This document shows, in pieces, positions 1 through 8,585 of a stretch of 45,569 nt of DNA. This stretch comes from Candidatus Omnitrophota bacterium. Lineage in GTDB: Bacteria > Omnitrophota > Gorgyraeia > Duberdicusellales > 4484-171. The translations under genes were made by a program, and so were the position numbers. Within the stretch, counting starts at the first letter, position 1; every line of letters starts with the position of its first letter. The stretch spans positions 1 through 45,569 of the forward strand of contig JBAZGN010000006.1 of NCBI GenBank assembly GCA_041652815.1, written 5' to 3'. The notes beneath the pieces are model-generated. The model saw only the letters and a program-made list of their open reading frames with translations. It was not told the origin of the DNA and did not search any database.

Positions 1-41
1 AAATTTGGTATGGGAAAATAATAATATTAAGGAGGCGTTTT

Positions 42-293
42 ATGCCGTTTTTTGAGCCGATTGAAAAAATAGACCCAAAACATCTTGATTTGGAAAGAGC
101 AAGGAAGTCTTTGAGAGAAGAGCTTGAAGCAATAGATTTTTATCAGGAACGTATTGACGCTACAAATGATGAATCACTGAAGAAAATTCTCGCACACAAT
201 ATGAACGAAGAAAAAGAACATACGGCAATGTTGATAGAGTGGATTAGAAAGAATGACCAAACTCAAGACAAAATGTTTGAAGAGCATGATTAA
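42..293 (+). CDS. Encapsulin-associated-type ferritin-like protein (EncFtn/Flp family)
   Basis: EELEAIDFY and EEKEH ferroxidase-type motifs in an 83 aa protein; RBS AAGGAGG upstream; no C-terminal GSLGIGSL-like targeting peptide. Confidence 0.8.
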   Translation: MPFFEPIEKIDPKHLDLERARKSLREELEAIDFYQERIDATNDESLKKILAHNMNEEKEHTAMLIEWIRKNDQTQDKMFEEHD

Positions 294-342
294 ATCATTT
301 TGCTATCTATGGCGCAAATATCAAAGGAGTTAAAGTCAAATC

Positions 343-954
343 TTGGAGAAACAAGTCTTAGAAAATCATCAAAGGTATTTAGAGCGTAAAGCCTTATATA
401 AAAGTTTTGGCTGCGATATCGATAAAGAAAGAGAATTTATTGTCGCAAAAGCCCAGCCTCTCTTTGGAGATATTTTAGAGGCCGGAACCGGCAAAGGGCA
501 TTTTGCGCTTAGCCTTGCCAAGCAAGGCTATCGTTTTACTACTTTCGATATTTCCGAAGAAGAACAAAAATTTGCTAAACTTATCTTAAGATATTTTGGT
601 TTAGATAGCCTGGTTGATTTCCGGATTGAAAACGGCGAACATTTAAGTTTTAAAGATGCAACTTTTGACATGGTTTTTTCCGTCAACACACTCCATCATC
701 TTACAAATCCTTATAAAGTTATGGATGAGTTTATCCGTGTGCTTTCTTTTGAAGGCAGAATTGTTTTAAGCGATTTTACTCTGGAGGGTTTTAAGCTGAT
801 GGATACAATACACAAAAGCGAAGGAAATACCCATCAAGTAAGCAAAACTACCTTAGCGGACATAGAGAAGCATTTAATTACCAAAGGCTTTAAGATAGAA
901 AAACATAAAAGCCAATTTCAGGAAGTTTTAATCGCTTATCATCTATTAATATGA
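343..954 (+). CDS. Class I SAM-dependent methyltransferase
   Basis: ILEAGTGKG motif I, FDIS motif II, FDMVFSVNTLHH; TTG start after AAGGAG; paralog at 34709. Confidence 0.85.
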   Translation: MEKQVLENHQRYLERKALYKSFGCDIDKEREFIVAKAQPLFGDILEAGTGKGHFALSLAKQGYRFTTFDISEEEQKFAKLILRYFGLDSLVDFRIENGEHLSFKDATFDMVFSVNTLHHLTNPYKVMDEFIRVLSFEGRIVLSDFTLEGFKLMDTIHKSEGNTHQVSKTTLADIEKHLITKGFKIEKHKSQFQEVLIAYHLLI

Positions 955-1817
955 TTATTTCAGTTGCAAGTGGAAAAGGCGGAACCGGTAAGACCACAGT
1001 TGCGGTGAATTTAGCGTTATCGTTAGATAATGTGCAATTACTAGATTGTGACGTAGAAGAGCCGAATGCCCATTTATTTTTAAAACCGGAAATAGAAGAA
1101 AGAAAGCAGGCTTTTATTCCTGTTCCAAAGGTTAATGAAGAGAAATGTGATTATTGCGGTAAATGTGCCAAGGTATGCGCTTATAATGCTATCGCGGTTT
1201 TACCTAAAACAGAAAATAAAAAAGGTTCAGTTTTGATTTTTTCTCATCTTTGCCATGGTTGCGGCGCTTGTAGCCTATTGTGTCCGCAAGAAGCTATCAA
1301 TGAAGTGAATAAGGAAATTGGAGTAATAGAGTTTGGGCATGCCGCTAATATCGAATTTATTCATGGGAAACTTAACATTGGTGAAATAATGTCACCGCCG
1401 TTAATCCGTCAGGTCAGACATTATAGCAGTCCCAGCAAAACAGTAATTATTGACGCTCCCCCTGGAACATCCTGTCCGGTTATTGCATCGATTAAAGGAA
1501 GTGATTTCTGTATTTTGGTAACTGAGCCCACACCTTTTGGTCTTAACGATCTGATTCTAGCTGTTGAAGTCGTGCGAAAGTTAGTCATTCCATTTGGAGT
1601 TATTATTAACCGCTCAGATATAGGAAATGGAGAGGTTGAAGAATATTGTTTAAAGGAAAAAATTCCTGTTCTTGCGCAAATTCCTTTTGATATGAAGATT
1701 GCCGAATCTTATTCTAGAGGCATAAATATTGTCGAAGCGATACCGGGATATAAACAGATATTTAACAAAATATTTCAAAGTGTTAATTGCTTAGCTAAAA
1801 AAGAGGATACTCAATAA
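951..1817 (+). CDS. MinD-superfamily P-loop ATPase with inserted ferredoxin domain (COG1149-type)
   Basis: SGKGGTGKTT deviant Walker A, DCDVEEPN, two CxxCxxCxxxC clusters, IDAPPGTSCP. Confidence 0.9.
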   Translation: MIISVASGKGGTGKTTVAVNLALSLDNVQLLDCDVEEPNAHLFLKPEIEERKQAFIPVPKVNEEKCDYCGKCAKVCAYNAIAVLPKTENKKGSVLIFSHLCHGCGACSLLCPQEAINEVNKEIGVIEFGHAANIEFIHGKLNIGEIMSPPLIRQVRHYSSPSKTVIIDAPPGTSCPVIASIKGSDFCILVTEPTPFGLNDLILAVEVVRKLVIPFGVIINRSDIGNGEVEEYCLKEKIPVLAQIPFDMKIAESYSRGINIVEAIPGYKQIFNKIFQSVNCLAKKEDTQ

Positions 1818-1827
1818 AGGTATTAAA

Positions 1828-2181
1828 ATGATTGTCAAAAAAGCGCGACAGTACTTCTTAGGAGAAAATGGCCCACGTTTAAATTGTGCCCAGGCAGTTA
1901 TTGCCGCATGCAGGGAGCTATTTCAATTACCCGAAGAAGCCATTAACGCTCATACCGGTGCAGGTGGGGGTAAAGCTCCGAATGGATATTGCGGCAGCCT
2001 GTATGCTGCATTGTATATTCTTGAGGAGACAAGAAAAGATAAACTTGAAGAGTGCAAAAATTTCTTTACTACCCACGCAAGTGCGCTTACATGCAAAGAA
2101 ATACGTTCTAAAAGAAAGATTCCCTGTGTAAGCTGCGTAGAAAAAGCAACTGAATTTCTGGTTGGGGTAAAAAATAAATGA
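1828..2181 (+). CDS. C-GCAxxG-C-C family putative redox-active protein
   Basis: NCAQAV, GGG..GYCGSL, LTCKEI, CVSCV pattern. Confidence 0.75.
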   Translation: MIVKKARQYFLGENGPRLNCAQAVIAACRELFQLPEEAINAHTGAGGGKAPNGYCGSLYAALYILEETRKDKLEECKNFFTTHASALTCKEIRSKRKIPCVSCVEKATEFLVGVKNK

Positions 2182-3038
2182 AACAAATCGTTGTTATTAG
2201 CGGAAAAGGCGGCACCGGCAAAACCATTCTTTCTGCTTCTTTTGCTGCCTTAGCCAGGAATAAAGTTATGGTTGATTGCGACGTAGATGCCGCAGATTTG
2301 CATCTTTTGCTACATCCGAAGATTAAAGAACGTAATGAATTTAAAAGCGGAAAGACAGCAAGAATTGATAGAGCGCTTTGTAAAGAATGCGGCAAGTGCA
2401 TTAAAGCTTGCCGTTTCAACGCTATAAATCAGAATTTTGCGGTTGATTCTATTTCTTGCGAAGGCTGTGGTTTATGTGTTTATATATGTCCGGCAAACGC
2501 CGTAGCTATGGAAGAAAACTTATCCGGCGAGTGGTTTATCTCAGAAAGTAAATATGGCCCCTTTGTGCATGCTAAGTTAGGCATAGCTTCTGAAAATTCA
2601 GGAAAACTGGTCTCAAAAATCAGGCAGGTAGCGAAAGAAATTGCCGACAGAGAAAAAACAGATTATATAATTATAGACGGCCCCCCAGGAATAGGCTGCC
2701 CGGTAATTGCTTCTTTATCCGGGGTTGATTTAGCTGTCATTGTTACTGAGCCGACAGTATCGGGCATACATGATATGACAAGAGTTTTAGAAGTGGCCGC
2801 GCATTTTGATATTAAGACAGGGGTCGTAATTAATAAATACGATTTGAATCTACAAAACTCTAAGTTAATAGAAGAGTTTTGCAAAGTCAAAAACATCAAT
2901 ATTATAGGCCAGATACCCTTTTCTTTAGAGGTTAACCGTTCAATAGTTAAAACTGTACCGGCAGTTGAATTTTGTAGCGGCATTATTCGCGAAAAAATTA
3001 CTGCGATTTGGGAAACAGTAGTAAATAATGTTGGTTAA
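2178..3038 (+). CDS. Second MinD-superfamily P-loop ATPase with ferredoxin domain
   Basis: SGKGGTGKT, DCDVDAADL, CKECGKC..C, CEGCGLC..CP, IDGPPGIGCP; ATGA overlap with the upstream gene. Confidence 0.9.
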   Translation: MKQIVVISGKGGTGKTILSASFAALARNKVMVDCDVDAADLHLLLHPKIKERNEFKSGKTARIDRALCKECGKCIKACRFNAINQNFAVDSISCEGCGLCVYICPANAVAMEENLSGEWFISESKYGPFVHAKLGIASENSGKLVSKIRQVAKEIADREKTDYIIIDGPPGIGCPVIASLSGVDLAVIVTEPTVSGIHDMTRVLEVAAHFDIKTGVVINKYDLNLQNSKLIEEFCKVKNINIIGQIPFSLEVNRSIVKTVPAVEFCSGIIREKITAIWETVVNNVG

Positions 3039-3060
3039 GAATCTACCAAGGAGATAGTTT

Positions 3061-3411
3061 ATGCATGATACGGTATTTGCTAAACAGATACAAGAAGTTG
3101 CGAATAATAAGCTTAAAGAATTAGGAAAAAATACGCGTATTTGCGCCATTAATGTAAAGCTAAGCCCTTTAAGCCACGTCAAACCCGAAACTTTAAAAGA
3201 AACTTTTGGCGCAACGGTTGAAGGAACTAACTTAGAGGGTATTGTTCTGGATATTAAGACCAGTGAAATTGAAATTAAATGTAATTCGTGTAGAAAGGCA
3301 TTCTTTTCGGCAAAAATGATTTTTTCCTGCCCGGAATGTCAAAGCGCAAATTTATCTGTTAAGGAAACCCCCGAATGTTTTGTTGAGTCAATTGAGGTGC
3401 AAAATGGGTAA
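3061..3411 (+). CDS. hypA: HypA/HybF-family nickel metallochaperone
   Basis: N-terminal MHD (MHE-like), CNSC and CPEC zinc sites, C-terminal VESIEV. Confidence 0.8.
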   Translation: MHDTVFAKQIQEVANNKLKELGKNTRICAINVKLSPLSHVKPETLKETFGATVEGTNLEGIVLDIKTSEIEIKCNSCRKAFFSAKMIFSCPECQSANLSVKETPECFVESIEVQNG

Positions 3412-3808
3412 AGATATGATAGGTATGAGTAACGTAAGCAATTTTAATTTTTCCACCCCGATATCAAGCATTATTAAGAAAGAAAAATTTTTCGGCAGAA
3501 TGAATGATCCCACCGCTTGCGCTGTATTTATCGGCCCTTGCGGTGACGAAATGGAGTTTTATTTGGTTATAGAAGAAGGAATAATTATTGAAGTAAAATG
3601 TTATACAGATGGCTGTAAAGAAACAAGGATGTGCGGGCTTATGGTTGCCTATCTTGCGCATAATAAAACAGTCAATGAGGCCTTGACGATTTCTGCTGGA
3701 GAAGTTATTAAGAAACTTAAAAATCTTTCTTTCGAGCATTTACATTGTTCAATCCTTGCGGTCAGTACTTTATATAGGGCCATAGCGGACTATTTACTAA
3801 AAAAATAA
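3404..3808 (+). CDS. NifU/IscU-like Fe-S cluster scaffold
   Basis: GPCGDEMEFYL, GC..T..C, HCSILAV; ATG 3404 preferred over the track's 3380 start. Confidence 0.85.
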   Translation: MGKDMIGMSNVSNFNFSTPISSIIKKEKFFGRMNDPTACAVFIGPCGDEMEFYLVIEEGIIIEVKCYTDGCKETRMCGLMVAYLAHNKTVNEALTISAGEVIKKLKNLSFEHLHCSILAVSTLYRAIADYLLKK

Positions 3809-3813
3809 TAAAT

Positions 3814-4062
3814 ATGCCTATTTACGAATTTAAATGTAAAGATTGCGGAAAAATCAGTGAATTTCTTATCGGCGTTGGGCAAAATAAACTTGAAAAAAAG
3901 TGTAGCTTTTGTGAAAGCAAAAAATTAGAAAAAATATTTTCTCAAACATTTGTTCCTATCAACAACAGTATTGGCTGTTTGCAGGGTGGTAAAACCTGTT
4001 GCGGAAGAACTGAGCGCTGCGATAAGCCGCCATGCCACGATACAAAAGGATATGGGCGATGA
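3814..4062 (+). CDS. FmdB-family zinc-ribbon protein with Cys-rich tail
   Basis: MPIYEFKCKDCG...CSFCES; tail TCCGRTERCDKPPC. Confidence 0.85.
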   Translation: MPIYEFKCKDCGKISEFLIGVGQNKLEKKCSFCESKKLEKIFSQTFVPINNSIGCLQGGKTCCGRTERCDKPPCHDTKGYGR

Positions 4063-4769
4063 ATATCAAGATTATTGCAGTTGGTTCAAGCAAATGGGAG
4101 CGGTTTATCCGAAAATGGGGGGTATCTTTTCTGATAGGGGAAGATATTTTATTTGATACTTTTGGTGACCCGGACGTCTTTTTAAGAAATATCAAAAAAT
4201 ATAAGATAAGTCTTAATAAAATAAAACATATTATTATTTCTCACAATCATTGGGACCATATTTCCGGGCTGTGGAATATAATTAATAAATGTAAAGATTT
4301 AACAATATATATCTGCTCGAATCTTCAACAAGACACTAAAGAAAGAATTAAGTCGTTTGGGGCTAGAGTTGTTGAGGTAGATAAACCGACAAGAATTACA
4401 GACACCATATGCACCACTAGTGAGTTAAAAGGTGAATACGAAGGCAAGATCATTTATGAGCAGTCGCTGGTGATAAAAACAATGAAAGGTTTAACTGTAA
4501 TTACAGGATGCGCCCATCCGGGAATAACTACAATTATTGATAATGTCCGTAAGCATTTTTATGAGCAAATTTATTTAATAGCCGGAGGTTTCCATTTAAA
4601 GGATGAGTCTCAGCAGGGAATTCAGAGTATCATTTCTGCTTTTAAGATATATCAGGTTGAAAAAGTTATGTCTATGCATTGTACGGGCAGGTTAGCAACT
4701 AAATTATTTAAGAAAGAATATGGAAATAATTTTATTAAAGCCGTAGCAGGTAGTTTTATAGAGGTATAA
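4059..4769 (+). CDS. MBL-fold metallo-hydrolase (COG1237-like)
   Basis: ILFDT, SHNHWDHISG, GCAHPG, GGFH, HCTG; ATGA overlap at 4059. Confidence 0.9.
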   Translation: MNIKIIAVGSSKWERFIRKWGVSFLIGEDILFDTFGDPDVFLRNIKKYKISLNKIKHIIISHNHWDHISGLWNIINKCKDLTIYICSNLQQDTKERIKSFGARVVEVDKPTRITDTICTTSELKGEYEGKIIYEQSLVIKTMKGLTVITGCAHPGITTIIDNVRKHFYEQIYLIAGGFHLKDESQQGIQSIISAFKIYQVEKVMSMHCTGRLATKLFKKEYGNNFIKAVAGSFIEV

Positions 4770-4792
4770 TTTAAGAACAAAAGATATTTAAA

Positions 4793-4960
4793 GTGCCTGT
4801 TTATAATTATTTTTGTAATAATTGTGGAATAAATTTTAATGTAGTCATAAAGAGGCATTCTAAAAAGATAAAGCCTAAATGTAAAAAATGCAGCAGCAAA
4901 AATATCATAAAGACAAAAGGGCCAACGCATTTTCGATACATTTGTCCTAATTTTATTTAA
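4793..4960 (+). CDS. Second FmdB-family zinc-ribbon protein (55 aa, not in ORF track)
   Basis: Manual translation from GTG: MPVYNYFCNNCGINF...KPKCKKCSSKNIIK...; RBS weak. Confidence 0.7.
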   Translation: MPVYNYFCNNCGINFNVVIKRHSKKIKPKCKKCSSKNIIKTKGPTHFRYICPNFI

Positions 4961-4988
4961 TTTAGTAGCAAAAATAAGGAGAGGTTAA

Positions 4989-5348
4989 ATGAAAAAACAA
5001 GTTTTTGGGTATGAACTCATAATGGATTTGCATGGTTGTGATTTAGGGGTAATGACATCCAAGAAAAAACTTCAAGAATATGTGGATAAACTTTGTCCGC
5101 TTATTGATATGGTAAAATACGGTAAGTTATTTTTGCCTTACTTCGGCATACAAAAACCGCACACAAAAGGTTATTCTCTCGCGCAGTTTATCGAAACCAG
5201 CTCTATCACCGCTCATTTTTCTGAACATTGGCGTATTTCTTATATAAATATATTTTCTTGTAAACCATTTAATCCATCTGTGGCTAAAAAGTTTACCAAA
5301 GATTTTTTTAAGGCTGACTATGTTAAAGCGCGGTTTCTCGTAAGGTAA
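4989..5348 (+). CDS. speD: S-adenosylmethionine decarboxylase (pyruvoyl) family proenzyme
   Basis: GYELIMDLHGC, IETSSITAH in place of the usual SESHISIH, YINIFSCKPF; RBS GGAGAGG. Confidence 0.75.
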   Translation: MKKQVFGYELIMDLHGCDLGVMTSKKKLQEYVDKLCPLIDMVKYGKLFLPYFGIQKPHTKGYSLAQFIETSSITAHFSEHWRISYINIFSCKPFNPSVAKKFTKDFFKADYVKARFLVR

Positions 5349-5367
5349 AAAAGAATGCGCCATTTTT

Positions 5368-5817
5368 ATGCTAGCTATTAAAATAAACATCGGTTTAATT
5401 ATTTTTTGCTTCGCAATAGCGGCGATTACGCTGGATTTATTTTTAGGTTGGCAGGGTTTCCTTCCTCAACGGATAGAGCCATTCTTTCTTGCTTGCGCTT
5501 TTTTAGGTGTACCGGCCGGTTTATTAATTTTGCGAGCTAATTATTTGGTTAAGACGATATTAAGTCTTTTCGCCGGATTTTACGCAAAAATCCTGATAGT
5601 GATTATGGCGCATATTTCAGCGGAAAATTTATACTTTTATGTTCAGAGACATCTTGGTCACTATCATCTTCCGGAAAATATAGGAAACGCCGTATTTATC
5701 TCTGCGCTTTTTATGCTTTGGTGTTTTATAATAGCTTCCATTAGTTTTTTAGGCGGTTTGATGATTCGTCTGAAAGAATATATTTTATTCGCGAAGGCAA
5801 ATAGAGATATTTCGTGA
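5368..5817 (+). CDS. Hypothetical membrane protein (about 4 TM)
   Basis: Hydrophobic stretches only; no family recognised. Confidence 0.55.
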   Translation: MLAIKINIGLIIFCFAIAAITLDLFLGWQGFLPQRIEPFFLACAFLGVPAGLLILRANYLVKTILSLFAGFYAKILIVIMAHISAENLYFYVQRHLGHYHLPENIGNAVFISALFMLWCFIIASISFLGGLMIRLKEYILFAKANRDIS

Positions 5818-5908
5818 CTAGGAGTAATGCTCAATCAGAAGGTGTAAACTGGAGTTGGAGTAAATTGTCTCAAGCAAAGCGTCGAGATCTGCTGGAACGT
5901 AGTTCGAT

Positions 5909-6415
5909 ATGTTAATTTCTGTAATGAAAAAAGAAATTAAACTAAAACCTATCGGAATAATCCATACGCCCTATAAAGAGTCGAAGGGGATGCCCATTCA
6001 AGGGCAGTTCGAAAAAGGCGTTAAGGGAAGAATAGAAATATTCCCACGATATAAACAAGGCCTTAAAGATATCAAGGGATTCTCTCATTTAATCTTAATT
6101 TATTATTTTAACCGTTCAAAAGAAGAGAAACTTATTGGCAAGCCATTCCTCGAAGATGTCGAGCATGGTATATTCGCGATAAGAAGTCCTCATCGGCCAA
6201 ATCATCTTGGATTCTCTATCGTTAAACTAAAAGATGTTATAGGCAGCACTATTATTTTTTCAGAAGTAGACATGCTTGATAAAACACTACTATTAGATAT
6301 TAAACCCTACGTAGCTTATTTTGATTATCGTAAACATGTAAAAAACGGATGGCTCAAAAAACATTTCCAGAACAATAGGACACCCCAAAGAGTCAAAATA
6401 GGAAAATTGTCTTAA
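5909..6415 (+). CDS. trmO: TrmO/TsaA-family SAM-binding tRNA methyltransferase-like protein
   Basis: PIGIIHTPY, GIFAIRSPHRPNHLG, LLDIKPY; start may be ATG 5924. Confidence 0.85.
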   Translation: MLISVMKKEIKLKPIGIIHTPYKESKGMPIQGQFEKGVKGRIEIFPRYKQGLKDIKGFSHLILIYYFNRSKEEKLIGKPFLEDVEHGIFAIRSPHRPNHLGFSIVKLKDVIGSTIIFSEVDMLDKTLLLDIKPYVAYFDYRKHVKNGWLKKHFQNNRTPQRVKIGKLS

Positions 6416-6446
6416 GATTAACTCCCAACCGTATTTAAATATTTTA

Positions 6447-6495
6447 TTGACACGTTTTTTAATTATGATATAAATAGAAATGATTTCTATTTATA
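6447..6495 (+). promoter_or_regulatory. sigma70 promoter with perfect Zur-box-like palindrome
   Basis: TTGACA 6447-52, TGnTATAAA -10; TATAAATAGAAAT-G-ATTTCTATTTATA (6469-6495, 13-1-13) resembles the Zur consensus TAAATCGTAATNATTACGATTTA. Confidence 0.8.
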
Positions 6496-6503
6496 ATAAG
6501 TCT

Positions 6504-6920
6504 ATGGAAGAATATTTTCAAACACTCAAAAGGAATAAATTAAAGATAACCCCAAGGCGTAAAGCGGTTATAGGTTTATTTTTGAAGTCTGGCATGCGAA
6601 TGGGGCCTTACGATATTTATAATAAGTTAAAACAAAAACTTCCTAAAATAGGGTTACCGACTGTATATCGGATATTGGATGAACTTAAGAAAGCAGGGAT
6701 TTTAGTGCAATCATTATCTTCTGACCGCCAATTGTGCTATGCGCTATGTGATTCTCCCGGCACGCATCACCATCATTTTGTTTGCCGTAAATGCAAAAAG
6801 GTTGATGAAGTTAATTTTTGTAACTTTAAAGGTATATCGGAATTTATTAAGAAGAATCTTAAAGCTAAAGTCGAGACGCATCATCTGCAAATAGAGGGTG
6901 TATGTTCAAAGTGCAAATGA
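6504..6920 (+). CDS. zur: Fur-family regulator, Zur-like
   Basis: KITPRRKAVI, IGLPTVYRIL, HHHHFVCRKC, GVCSKC; heads an operon with znuACB; ATG 6504 lies downstream of the box. Confidence 0.85.
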   Translation: MEEYFQTLKRNKLKITPRRKAVIGLFLKSGMRMGPYDIYNKLKQKLPKIGLPTVYRILDELKKAGILVQSLSSDRQLCYALCDSPGTHHHHFVCRKCKKVDEVNFCNFKGISEFIKKNLKAKVETHHLQIEGVCSKCK

Positions 6921-7201
6921 GAAAGAAAATATCTTTTTTATTATTAGTTGTTTTTGCTGTTTTTCTTGGGATTGTAATATTCCATCCGTTTGTACACAGC
7001 CTGCATCACGATAGAAACGATGCACATGAGTGCCCGATTTGTATTTGGCTGTACTATGCAGCATTTATATTTTTCTTTGCGGCTATATTTTACGTTATAT
7101 TCCATGTCGTCAGTTTCATTGACATTCTAGCCACCATTCCATTGGTTAAGATTTTGCTTTCCGCTAATATTTCCCGTGCCCCGCCATATGCCCTTTATTA
7201 A
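6917..7201 (+). CDS. DUF2946-like small membrane protein with H/CxxC site and C-terminal RAPP motif
   Basis: TM-HSLHH..HECPIC-TM-...ISRAPP; ATGA overlap with zur. Confidence 0.7.
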   Translation: MRKKISFLLLVVFAVFLGIVIFHPFVHSLHHDRNDAHECPICIWLYYAAFIFFFAAIFYVIFHVVSFIDILATIPLVKILLSANISRAPPYALY

Positions 7202-7262
7202 AATCATTTAAGTATGTATCCAAATAGGGTCTAACTCAGATTGTTAGTAAGTAAAAGGTAAA

Positions 7263-7964
7263 ATGATTTCTTCTATTCAGAATATATTAATTAATGGTTC
7301 ATTTCCGGTAGTTTTAGCGGCGGTGGCTTTTGCTGGTGCTGTTGCGTCACTAAGTTCTTGCACTATCGCCAGGCTTCCTGTTGTTTGGGGTTATGTTGCC
7401 GCGGGAGCAGAGTCTAGAAAAAAAGGAATGCATCTCTCATTGGCTTTTATCTGTGGGCTGATTGTCAGCTATACTATCATCGGGTTTTTGTTTGGGCTTA
7501 TTACTGATCTTGCCGGAAAATTTATCCAAATCAGCAGGTACCTTTATTTAAGCTTAGGAATTTTACTGTTTATCGGAGGGTTTCTTTTTGCAGGATTGAT
7601 ACCTGCTGGTCAAAGCTGGTTTCACAAACGCTGCGATGCAACGATAAAACAAGCTAAAACTATTCACTCAGCATTTGCCCTGGGAATATTTTTCGCTTTT
7701 TTAGAAATGCCTGCCTGCCCCTGTTGCGGAGCAGTACTGATGGTAATAGCGAGTTTAGCGGTAATTAAAGGATCTTTATTTTATTCAGGCCTGATATTTA
7801 TTAGTTTTGCTATCGGCCAAAGCGTCCCAATTTTAGTTATAGGTTTCTCAACCAGCATTTTGAAACACATAATGCCTCAGACCCAGCGGCTTGAAACAGC
7901 TATCGGTTTTATCGCAGGTAATATTTTAATAGTTACCGGAATATTCCTGATAATGCTTGCATAG
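7263..7964 (+). CDS. CcdA/DsbD-type transmembrane thiol-redox protein
   Basis: SLSSC..LP in TM1, CPCCGAVL, about 6 TM. Confidence 0.75.
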   Translation: MISSIQNILINGSFPVVLAAVAFAGAVASLSSCTIARLPVVWGYVAAGAESRKKGMHLSLAFICGLIVSYTIIGFLFGLITDLAGKFIQISRYLYLSLGILLFIGGFLFAGLIPAGQSWFHKRCDATIKQAKTIHSAFALGIFFAFLEMPACPCCGAVLMVIASLAVIKGSLFYSGLIFISFAIGQSVPILVIGFSTSILKHIMPQTQRLETAIGFIAGNILIVTGIFLIMLA

Positions 7965-7979
7965 AAGAATGGAGAAAGA

Positions 7980-8585
7980 ATGTCTTTAGAGAAATGTACG
8001 TGTGGCCAAGAGCACCATCATCACTCTTCTCATAGCTTGTTTAAGCGATGGCTGATAAGTGTGCTTATTGTTGTACCGCTGCTATTTTTATTAAAACCAT
8101 TTATAGCTCAACAAATGCTTGTACGGGCTGCTTCATATTTTTCCTGCGCTTCTTATGATGAAGTCATAAGAGTATGCAGAAAAATCATCTTTATTGATAA
8201 AAATAACGCAAAAGTCTGGTCTTCTCTAGGATATGCTTACAGGGAGAAAGGAGACATTGGTAAAGCTTTAACTGCTTATGAAAAAGTTTATTCGTTGAAT
8301 CCCAATGATAGAGAAGCAAATTTTGATCTCGGTATGATTTATTTCTCAAAGAAAGAGTTTGCTAAAGCTATGCCGTATTTTGAATACATACGGAATAAAG
8401 GCCCTGATAACGGTAATTCTTTGGGCGTAAATTTACTTAATTATCATCGCAGCGCGCTGGCTATGCTCGAAGAATGTTTCAAAGCATTAGGTGATAATTT
8501 CAAAATGAGGCAAATTCAACAAGAAATAAAAAAGTATTATCCAGAGCAAAGCGCAGGAGGCCAGATTAATTTATATGGAAATTAA
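7980..8585 (+). CDS. Membrane-anchored TPR protein with N-terminal CxC/His-rich tail
   Basis: CTCGQEHHHH, TM, WSSLGYAY..ANFDLGMIY TPR repeats. Confidence 0.75.
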   Translation: MSLEKCTCGQEHHHHSSHSLFKRWLISVLIVVPLLFLLKPFIAQQMLVRAASYFSCASYDEVIRVCRKIIFIDKNNAKVWSSLGYAYREKGDIGKALTAYEKVYSLNPNDREANFDLGMIYFSKKEFAKAMPYFEYIRNKGPDNGNSLGVNLLNYHRSALAMLEECFKALGDNFKMRQIQQEIKKYYPEQSAGGQINLYGN

